A stretch of DNA of 64,000 nt, taken from Nitrospirota bacterium (lineage in GTDB: Bacteria > Nitrospirota > Thermodesulfovibrionia > Thermodesulfovibrionales > UBA9159). The notes below the pieces were generated by a model that saw only the letters and a program-made list of their open reading frames with translations, had not been told where the DNA came from and did no database searches. Positions 57,228 through 64,000 of the stretch are shown here, one piece after another. Numbering within the stretch: position 1 is the first letter of the stretch; every line of letters begins with the position of its first letter. The stretch is from positions 4,951 to 68,950 of the forward strand of contig JAMCWJ010000076.1 of NCBI GenBank assembly GCA_023475105.1. Reading direction: 5' to 3'. The position numbers and the translations under genes are program-made.

Positions 57228-59702
57228 ATGATAGAACTCAAGATAAACGGAAAAAACATACAGGTCGAGCAGGGCGCGACCCTGCTTCAGGCTGCGCTCG
57301 CAAACGGCATTTATATTCCGAACCTCTGCTACGACAAGAGACTCAGACCGTACGGCGGCTGCAGGCTCTGCATTGTAGAGCTGGAGGGACAGAAAAGGCT
57401 TTTTGCCGCCTGCTCCACCCCGGCGGAGAACGGAATGGCGGTCCGGACCGAGACCCCGAGACTTCATAAGGCGAGGAAGACGGTACTCGAGTTCCTGCTG
57501 ATCCATCATCCCCTGGATTGTCCGGTCTGCGACAAGGCAGGAGAATGCAAGCTCCAGGACCTCGCGTTCAAATACGGCCCGTCCGAGTCGAGGTTTGTCG
57601 GGGAAAGGAAGCACGAACCCGAGAGGATTGCCGCTCCGCTCGTCGAGAGAAACCCCAACAGGTGCATCCTGTGCGGAAAGTGCGTGAGGGTGTGCTATGA
57701 CCATCAGGGAGTCGGCGCGATCAGCCTGCTCGGCAGAGGGTTCAAATCGAAGATCAGCCCCGCCTTTGAGGAGACCCTCGATTGCGAGTTCTGCGGTCAG
57801 TGTATCGATGCCTGTCCCGTCGGCGCCCTCGGCAGCAAGCCTTACCGCTTCCGGTCAAGGGTCTGGTTCATGGACGAAAAGCCGATCACCTGTCCCTACT
57901 GCGGCTGCGGATGCACTACAAACCTGAGCCTCAGGGATGGAAGGATCATACGCGCCAGGGGAAGACAGGGTGTCGGGACGAACGACGGCGACCTTTGCAG
58001 CAGGGGAAGGTTCGGGTTCGACTATATCTACTCGGAAAACCGACTCACGACGCCCCTCGTCAGGAAAGAAGGGAAGCTCGTCGAGGCATCATGGGAAGAG
58101 GCCCTCGAGTTCGTCGGCAAGAGACTCGAAGAGATAAAGGAGATGAGCGGTCCTTCGGCGATCGGTGCGATCGGTTCCCAGAGATGCACGATGGAAGATA
58201 ATTACCTGTTGCAGCGCTTCATGCGGGAGGTCATCGGGACGGACAATGTCGACTCTGCTGCGCGCTTCGGTTACGCAAAGGCACAGAAGACCTTCGAAAA
58301 AGCCTTCGGTCTCGACCTCCAACCGATACAGTGGGACGCGCCTCTGAAAGCCGATTTCATCCTCGTGGTGGAGTCGGACATCACCTCGGCCGTGCCCGTA
58401 TGGGGACTGAACTTCATCAGCGCCAGAAACAACGGGGCGCAGCTTGTCGTCGCGGATGCGAAGGAGACGAAACTTGCGCGTAACAGTACTTCGTGGCTCC
58501 AGATAAAGCCCGGATCAGGGGTCGCCCTTCTTAACGGGATTGCAAAAGTGATCCTCGATGAGAAGCTGTACGACCTCGATGAGGAAGTCCCCATGGAAGA
58601 CAAGAACCTCACCATCCCGAATTATGAGGCCATGGTGAGGGGGCTCGCCGAGTTTACCCCGGCTGCGGTTTCACAGCTCACCGGTCTTTCCGAAAACGAG
58701 ATTGTTCACCTCGCACGGTCTTACGCTGCCGCAAAGAGCAGACTCCTGTCTCTCACCTCGAGCGCCTCGGAGAACACAAAAGGCCTGAATACGCTCCTGG
58801 CGGCCGCAAATCTGGCGATCCTCATGGGTGACGGGCCCGACACGCTGCAGATACCCGCGGAGTTCTCGAATACGCTCGGCATGTGGGAAGTCGGGGTGAG
58901 GCCGCTTTCCGGGGGAAAAGACGCGTACGAAATGCTGTATAAACCCGGGACGATGAAGGCCCTCTATATGATGGGCGAGAACCCTCTGGTCACGTGCAAG
59001 GACGTTTCGGTGGTCGAAAAGACCCTAAGAGGCCTCGAACTGTTTATCGTGCAGGACATCATCCTTACTGACACCGCAAAACTTGCGGACGTGGTGCTGC
59101 CCGCCAGCAGTTGGGGAGAAAAGGAAGGCATCTTTATGTCTGCCACGGGGGACATTCATGAGATCCCCAAGCTTCTCACTGAAACCGGCCAGTCGATCCC
59201 CGACTGGAAGATCTTCAGGAATCTTGCGAGGGCGATGAACAAGGACCTCGGGGTGACAGATCTGGCAGAGATCAGGGGCGCGATCATGGACCTGATCGCC
59301 GCGGCGCCTGCCGGCGAAGAGGTCAGGAGTTTCACCCCCGTGGAATTCAAGGTCTCCGAGAGGCCCGACGAAGAGTATCCGATGCTTCTGGTCACGGCGA
59401 ATCTCCTGCAGCACTCGGGTGCCCTGTCGATACTTTCGAAAAACCTGGGCTCTGTGGTCTCGGATGCGTATCTGCAGATCAATCCCGGGGATGCAAAAAA
59501 ATACAAGATTCACGACGAAGGATATGTGAAGGTGACATCGAGAAGGGGAGAGGTGTATCTGAAGGCGATGGTCAGCGAAGAAATGCCGGAGGGCGCGGTG
59601 TTTGCCCCGACGCATTTCCCCCATGCCAACGTCAATGCCCTGACCCATCCTCCGCTGAACGGTGAGGCACCGACGGACGCGATCAAGATCCAGCTCGCTT
59701 GA
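57228..59702 (+). CDS. NuoG-like Fe-S / molybdopterin-fold subunit lacking the catalytic Cys/Sec
   Basis: 2Fe-2S (CYDKRLRPYGGCRLC), HxxxCxxCxxxxxC (HHPLDCPVCDKAGEC), 4Fe-4S motifs and CPYCGCGC, then a molybdopterin-oxidoreductase fold. The position equivalent to the FDH Cys/Sec-His reads NVDSAARFGYAKAQ. Confidence 0.85.
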   Translation: MIELKINGKNIQVEQGATLLQAALANGIYIPNLCYDKRLRPYGGCRLCIVELEGQKRLFAACSTPAENGMAVRTETPRLHKARKTVLEFLLIHHPLDCPVCDKAGECKLQDLAFKYGPSESRFVGERKHEPERIAAPLVERNPNRCILCGKCVRVCYDHQGVGAISLLGRGFKSKISPAFEETLDCEFCGQCIDACPVGALGSKPYRFRSRVWFMDEKPITCPYCGCGCTTNLSLRDGRIIRARGRQGVGTNDGDLCSRGRFGFDYIYSENRLTTPLVRKEGKLVEASWEEALEFVGKRLEEIKEMSGPSAIGAIGSQRCTMEDNYLLQRFMREVIGTDNVDSAARFGYAKAQKTFEKAFGLDLQPIQWDAPLKADFILVVESDITSAVPVWGLNFISARNNGAQLVVADAKETKLARNSTSWLQIKPGSGVALLNGIAKVILDEKLYDLDEEVPMEDKNLTIPNYEAMVRGLAEFTPAAVSQLTGLSENEIVHLARSYAAAKSRLLSLTSSASENTKGLNTLLAAANLAILMGDGPDTLQIPAEFSNTLGMWEVGVRPLSGGKDAYEMLYKPGTMKALYMMGENPLVTCKDVSVVEKTLRGLELFIVQDIILTDTAKLADVVLPASSWGEKEGIFMSATGDIHEIPKLLTETGQSIPDWKIFRNLARAMNKDLGVTDLAEIRGAIMDLIAAAPAGEEVRSFTPVEFKVSERPDEEYPMLLVTANLLQHSGALSILSKNLGSVVSDAYLQINPGDAKKYKIHDEGYVKVTSRRGEVYLKAMVSEEMPEGAVFAPTHFPHANVNALTHPPLNGEAPTDAIKIQLA

Positions 59703-59726
59703 CAGAGGAGATGCGGGTAAGGGCTG

Positions 59727-59993
59727 TTGATTCCGTACAAGGACGATAACCCTGCTGGCGTTTTCCCTGTCGTTACGGTCGCGATAGTTTTTCCGAACGC
59801 CGTCCTGTCCCCCGTATCCGCCTTGATTGTTATAGGATTTTGGGCTATTATACAGCCGGTCGGTGCTCTGATTACCCAGGCGCTGCCGGGCAGGGATAGT
59901 GTCGCGTGGTTCGCCCATGTTGGCGGGTTTCTTTTTGGTCTCATCACCGTCAAATTGTGGCTGCCGAAAAGGAGGGTTCCCCAGTGGTCATAA
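59727..59993 (+). pseudogene. rhomboid-family protease remnant (internal deletion removes the catalytic Ser region)
   Basis: The 88-aa ORF has a rhomboid-like N-terminus (MIPYKDDNP…FPVVTVAIV) joined directly to the last TM region with the catalytic His (VAWFAHVGGFLFG). The GxSG helix and about 130 aa are absent. Confidence 0.5.
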
Positions 59994-60874
59994 TTTGCCC
60001 GAAATGCAAAGTGAAACTGAAAGTGGCTGATGAAAAAATAGCCCCCGAGGGTACGCGCTTCAAGTGCCCCAGGTGCAGCACTGTTCTGCTGGTGAAAAGG
60101 CCGACGCCGAAGATGAAACCCCTCGATCTTGCCACGGTTCTTGTGGCCCACGAAAAGCCTTCGGTGATGGAGAGGATAAAGTCCGTGCTCTCGACGCAGG
60201 GATACCGGATTATCGCTGTTTCGGACGGTATCACGGCGATGGTGAATGCGACAAAAGAATTGCCCTTTCTCTCTCTCCTGAGCGTCTCCCTCCCGAAGAT
60301 TTACGGATTCGAGATATGCAGAAGGCTGAAAAGCAGGCCGGAAACGAAGGGCATGAAGGTGATCCTGATTGCCTCCATCTACGACGAGAAAAGATACCGC
60401 AGGGAACCGGAATCCCTTCACGACGCTGACGATTATCTGGAAGAGCATCAGATAGAAGAAATGCTCGGCCAAAAAATCAACCTCCTGAGAGGGACCCCTG
60501 AAACTGCCCGCCCGTCTGCTCCCGCGCCGGGAACGGAAGGGCCCCGCGGGCAGGCGCCGCAGCCGGAAGACAAGGCGAGGGCAGAAGAGAGGCCCCGTCC
60601 CTCGCTGCCTGAAGTGAAACCCTCGGAAGCCCCTGAGGTGGAAAAGGCGCGGCGGCTCGTGAGAATCATACTGTCCGACATCTATCTTTACAGCAAGGCG
60701 AAAGTCGATGATTCGATCAGGAACGGCACGTTCCATAAGACTTTTTCCTCTGAATTGAGGGAAGGACTCAAGCTGTACGAGAATAGGATTTCGGCCGATA
60801 TAAGAAGCCGGGGTGACTTCTATAACGAAGCAGTCAATAATTTCATAGAGAAAAGAAAAAAAGAAATAGCTTAG
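59984..60874 (+). CDS. zinc-ribbon / pseudo-receiver / Pro-rich linker / conserved C-terminal domain protein
   Basis: GTG at 59984 follows AAAAGGAGGG. MJ0042-type CPKC…CPRC ribbon. The REC-like fold has Ser at the phospho-acceptor position (LSLLSVSLPKIYGFE). A P/E/A-rich linker and a C-terminal domain ARRLVRIILSDIYLYSKAKVDDSIRNGTF follow. Confidence 0.6.
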   Translation: MVIICPKCKVKLKVADEKIAPEGTRFKCPRCSTVLLVKRPTPKMKPLDLATVLVAHEKPSVMERIKSVLSTQGYRIIAVSDGITAMVNATKELPFLSLLSVSLPKIYGFEICRRLKSRPETKGMKVILIASIYDEKRYRREPESLHDADDYLEEHQIEEMLGQKINLLRGTPETARPSAPAPGTEGPRGQAPQPEDKARAEERPRPSLPEVKPSEAPEVEKARRLVRIILSDIYLYSKAKVDDSIRNGTFHKTFSSELREGLKLYENRISADIRSRGDFYNEAVNNFIEKRKKEIA

Positions 60875-60953
60875 AAATATCAGAAAAACGCAGAAAATTA
60901 CAGATATTTTAAACAAGACGTTACTTTCTTAAGAATTCTACCCTAACCCGGCC

Positions 60954-60983
60954 TTGCCATAAACTACTCTAAACCATTATATT
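60954..60983 (+). promoter_or_regulatory. sigma70-like promoter candidate for groESL (TTGCCA-N18-TATATT)
   Basis: TTGCCA is at 60954..60959 and TATATT at 60978..60983. The CIRCE operator overlaps the -10 by 2 nt and extends downstream, which is the usual arrangement. Confidence 0.5.
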
Positions 60984-61008
60984 AGCACTCGTTCCAATTG
61001 AGTGCTAA
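60982..61008 (+). promoter_or_regulatory. CIRCE operator (HrcA binding site)
   Basis: TTAGCACTC-N9-GAGTGCTAA is a perfect match to the CIRCE consensus, 28 nt upstream of the groES ATG. Confidence 0.9.
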
Positions 61009-61035
61009 TAATTCATCAGAGAAAGGAGAAATGTC

Positions 61036-61326
61036 ATGAAGTTCAAACCGTTGAGAGACAGGGTGTTAGTGAAATACTCCGAAGAGGCCGAAAGGACCGC
61101 GAGCGGCCTTTATATTCCCGACACCGCAAAAGAGAAGCCGCAAAAAGGCGAGGTCGTTGCGGTCGGCGCGGGGAAGGTCACGGACGACGGGAAGCTCCAG
61201 CCGGTATCGGTAAAGGTCGGAGACGTCGTGCTCTTCGACAAGTATTCGGGATCGAAGGTCACCATGGATGACGTTGAGTACCTGATCATCAGGGAAGAAG
61301 ACATCCTGGGAATCGTAGAGAAATAA
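61036..61326 (+). CDS. groES: co-chaperonin GroES
   Basis: [13 protein letters not shown]…GEVVAVG… is canonical for a 96-aa GroES. Confidence 0.95.
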   Translation: MKFKPLRDRVLVKYSEEAERTASGLYIPDTAKEKPQKGEVVAVGAGKVTDDGKLQPVSVKVGDVVLFDKYSGSKVTMDDVEYLIIREEDILGIVEK

Positions 61327-61338
61327 AGGAGGCTGACA

Positions 61339-62970
61339 ATGGCGAAACAACTCTTATTTGACGAAGAAGCACAGAGGTCTATTCTGAGCGGCGTTACGCT
61401 TCTGACCAAAGCGGTCAAGGCAACCCTGGGGCCGAAAGGGAGAAACGCGATCCTGGACAAGAAATACGGCGCGCCGACCATCACCAAGGACGGGGTGACC
61501 GTTGCGAAGGAGATCGAGTTGAAAGATCCATGGGAGAACATGGGCGCGCAGCTTGTGAGGGAAGTGGCATCCAAAACCTCGGACGTCGCAGGCGACGGCA
61601 CCACCACTGCCACGGTCCTTGCTCACGCGGTATACCGTGAAGGGATAAAGAACGTCGTAGCCGGGGCGAACCCCATGGACCTGAAGAGGGGCATAGAGAA
61701 GGCGGTCGAGGTCGTCCTCGAAGAACTGAAGAAGATCAGCAAGCCTGTTGTAGATAAGAAGGAGATAGCCCAGGTAGGCACCATATCCGCGAACAACGAC
61801 TCATCCGTGGGCGAGCTCATCGCGGAGGCAATGGACAAGGTAGGGAAAGACGGCGTCATCACCGTGGAAGAGGCGAAGAGTATGGCGACGACGCTGGACG
61901 TCGTCGAGGGGATGCAGTTTGACCGTGGCTATATCTCCCCGTATTTCATCACCGACCCCGAAAGAATGGAATGTACCCTCGAAGACGTTTTCATCCTGAT
62001 CAACGAGAAGAAGATATCGAGCATGAAGGACCTCCTTCCGATACTCGAGCAGACCGCAAAAATGGGCAAACCGCTCCTCATCCTCGCCGAGGATGTGGAA
62101 GGCGAGGCCCTTGCAACCCTTGTCGTAAACAAACTCCGCGGAACGCTGCAGGTCTGTGCCGTGAAAGCTCCCGGATTCGGTGACAGAAGGAAGGCAATGC
62201 TCGAAGATATCGCGATCCTGACGGGCGGTACCATGATCTCCGAAGACCTCGGCATCAAACTCGAGAATGTGAAACTCTCCGACCTTGGAAAGGCGAAGAA
62301 GATCACCATCGACAAGGAGAATACCACCATCGTCGAGGGCGCCGGCGACACCGCGAAAATCCAGGGCAGGGTAAAACAGATCAAGGCGCAGATCGAAGAG
62401 ACGACATCCGATTATGACCGGGAAAAGCTCCAGGAACGCCTTGCGAAGATAGTGGGCGGGGTCGCGGTAATCAACGTCGGCGCCGCAACCGAGACGGAGA
62501 TGAAGGAAAAGAAGGCGAGGGTCGAAGACGCCCTCCACGCCACAAGGGCTGCGGTCGAAGAAGGGATTGTACCCGGCGGCGGTGTTGCCCTTCTCAGGTG
62601 TCTGCCGGCCCTCAAGGCCCTCAAACTCGACAACCATGACCAGAAGATGGGGGTTGCGATCGTGATGAAAGCCCTCGAAGAGCCGATCCGCCAGATCGTG
62701 AACAACGCCGGACTCGAAGGCTCGGTCATCGTGGAGAAAGTGAAGGCGTCCAAGGATGCGAATTACGGGTTCGACGCCCAGGGCGAAGAGTACGTGGACA
62801 TGATGAAGGCAGGCATCATCGACCCTACCAAGGTCACGAGGACCGCTCTCCAGAACGCGACCTCCGTCGCTTCCCTCATGCTCACCACCTCCGTGATGAT
62901 TTCGGAACTGCCGGAAGAGGAAAAGAAGATGCCCCCGATGCCGGGCGGCGGCATGGAAGGGATGTACTAA
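61339..62970 (+). CDS. groEL: chaperonin GroEL
   Basis: [12 protein letters not shown], and a C-terminal GGM-type tail (PGGGMEGMY). 543 aa. Confidence 0.97.
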   Translation: MAKQLLFDEEAQRSILSGVTLLTKAVKATLGPKGRNAILDKKYGAPTITKDGVTVAKEIELKDPWENMGAQLVREVASKTSDVAGDGTTTATVLAHAVYREGIKNVVAGANPMDLKRGIEKAVEVVLEELKKISKPVVDKKEIAQVGTISANNDSSVGELIAEAMDKVGKDGVITVEEAKSMATTLDVVEGMQFDRGYISPYFITDPERMECTLEDVFILINEKKISSMKDLLPILEQTAKMGKPLLILAEDVEGEALATLVVNKLRGTLQVCAVKAPGFGDRRKAMLEDIAILTGGTMISEDLGIKLENVKLSDLGKAKKITIDKENTTIVEGAGDTAKIQGRVKQIKAQIEETTSDYDREKLQERLAKIVGGVAVINVGAATETEMKEKKARVEDALHATRAAVEEGIVPGGGVALLRCLPALKALKLDNHDQKMGVAIVMKALEEPIRQIVNNAGLEGSVIVEKVKASKDANYGFDAQGEEYVDMMKAGIIDPTKVTRTALQNATSVASLMLTTSVMISELPEEEKKMPPMPGGGMEGMY

Positions 62971-63001
62971 GAGAATTCGTAAAAGTGAATCAGGGTCCCG
63001 G

Positions 63002-63042
63002 GAAGGGGCGGCAGGGAGATCCCCTGCCGCCCCTTCTTTTTT
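63002..63042 (+). terminator. rho-independent terminator after groEL
   Basis: GAAGGGGCGGCAGGG pairs with CCCTGCCGCCCCTTC (about 15 bp, 4-5 nt loop), followed by TTTTTT (63037..63042). Confidence 0.8.
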
Positions 63043-63100
63043 CAGAATCGGCGGAAAGTTTTCGTCCCCTTTCTCTGACCTTCTCCACCGGCCCTCTCGG

Positions 63101-63826
63101 CTATCGGCCGGCCTCTTCATCCCTCCGCTCATTGCCGGCTTCAGCGGGGTCACTCTTCTCGCAGACAGGCATTCTGCTCCGTCTCCCCGTCCCCAGCCGC
63201 GCCATTGCGTGAAGCAGCGCTGTGAGGAGAAGGAGGCACGCACCGACCGACCAGGGCGTCAGGAGATCCCCCGGAACGTTTTCATAAAGCCCGTAACCGC
63301 CAAACGCGATGAAGATGAGCGCTGCAACCCATCGAATCCCGCGCTCGGGGATATGCCGCCCCATCACGTTGCCGACGACAATACCGAAGGCGTTCGAGAC
63401 GACCATGCCGATGGTCGTTCCCATCCAGACAGTGATGACAGTGTTGTATTCGACCGCAAGGGCGATCGTCGCAAGCTGGGTCTTGTCACCCATCTCGGCC
63501 ATGAAAAAGGCGATGGTAACCGTCCAGAAGGGACTGAAATTGTACCGCCTGTCTTCTCCTTCGAGGGTGTCGCCCCTGACAGTCCAGAGCCCGAAGATGA
63601 TGAAGGACACTGCGGCGGCGATCTTGATGTGTGCAAGGGGCACAATCTCTGCAAGGTAGTTCCCCGCTGAAGCGGCGAGCAGATGGTTGGCCGCTGTCGC
63701 TACGAACACGCCCCACATGACCGTCTGCCACCGGAACTTGCACGAAAGGGCCATCGCGAGCAACTGGGTCTTGTCCCCCATTTCAGCAAGGATGACGAAT
63801 ATCAATGAAGCGACAAACGCCTTCAC
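63101..63826 (-). CDS. UPF0016 (GDT1/TMEM165) family cation transporter
   Basis: Two copies of the E-x-G-D-K-T motif (AEMGDKTQL twice) in a six-TM protein. GTG start follows AGGAGGAACAC. A charged C-terminal tail of about 40 aa is present. Confidence 0.8.
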   Translation of the reverse strand: MKAFVASLIFVILAEMGDKTQLLAMALSCKFRWQTVMWGVFVATAANHLLAASAGNYLAEIVPLAHIKIAAAVSFIIFGLWTVRGDTLEGEDRRYNFSPFWTVTIAFFMAEMGDKTQLATIALAVEYNTVITVWMGTTIGMVVSNAFGIVVGNVMGRHIPERGIRWVAALIFIAFGGYGLYENVPGDLLTPWSVGACLLLLTALLHAMARLGTGRRSRMPVCEKSDPAEAGNERRDEEAGR

Positions 63827-63934
63827 GTGTTCCTCCTGATTATGCGTTCTCTATGGCTCCGGCGGGCTTTCGGCAAGCGTCCACTTCAGAGGACTGCCGG
63901 GACTCGTTTTCCCGAACTGCTCAGCATCGGGCTA

Positions 63935-63964
63935 ATTATAGGGTGCGGGGATGACCGGTGTCAA
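63935..63964 (-). promoter_or_regulatory. near-consensus sigma70 promoter (TTGACA-N18-TATAAT) upstream of the UPF0016 gene
   Basis: On the minus strand, TTGACA is at 63964..63959 and TATAAT at 63940..63935. This would give a leader of about 100 nt before the GTG at 63826. Confidence 0.5.
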
Positions 63965-64000
63965 GATGGCGTCTTGCGCCGCGTAAAATGTAACCGTATG

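Noticed and set aside
57228-59702. Formate dehydrogenase (or another molybdoenzyme) catalytic subunit.
   Set aside because: The position corresponding to the FDH Cys/Sec-His (…NVDxCARVC/UH…) reads NVDSAARFGYAKAQ, with no Cys or in-frame TGA. The domain order matches NuoG.
63827-63934. yybP-ykoY (Mn2+) riboswitch in the ~100-nt leader of the UPF0016 transporter gene, a gene family known to be controlled by that riboswitch in some bacteria.
   Set aside because: I could not find the hallmark GGGGAGUAG or GAGAGAC-type conserved segments on the minus strand. Only generic short hairpins are visible. It is worth a cmscan, but it is not supportable by eye.

Overview
This 64-kb window is almost fully coding. 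It comes from an anaerobic, diderm bacterium (lptD is present, and GC looks moderately high by eye). I cannot assign a lineage without a database search. I found no rRNA, tRNA, CRISPR, transposase or integrase.

Most of the content is core energy metabolism and housekeeping:
- F0 subunits a and c, encoded apart from the rest of the atp genes
- rpmE, a DUF1385 gene, prfA and prmC
- a complete rnfCDGEAB operon
- ribH-nusB, purB, large single-chain purL, ftsH, clpS-clpA, lptD-folC and groES-groEL with a textbook CIRCE operator
- an 11-subunit nuoABCD-HIJKLMN operon that lacks nuoEFG

The part most worth a second look is 46-60 kb. A cNMP-binding-domain gene with a degenerate ligand cassette sits exactly where nuoEFG would be. 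Divergent from nuoA lies a histidine kinase with heme-c-type motifs. It is followed by six tightly overlapping signalling genes (DRTGG, HATPase-only, DRTGG, PHP, HATPase-only, REC). Then come a receiver::NuoE fusion, a thioredoxin-like 2Fe-2S protein, a HydB-architecture NuoF and a non-catalytic NuoG-like subunit. No DNA-binding output is visible, so this reads as phosphorylation-level control of an electron-input module. I cannot match it to a described system.

A second accessory patch at 11.7-19.3 kb carries a c-di-GMP theme. It holds a PilZ/J-domain/TPR protein and an HD-GYP protein paired with a HEAT-repeat protein that shares its N-terminal domain.

prfA carries a compensated double frameshift with an in-frame stop, which is most likely an assembly artefact. 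All calls come from reading the translations and sequence by eye. No searches were run.
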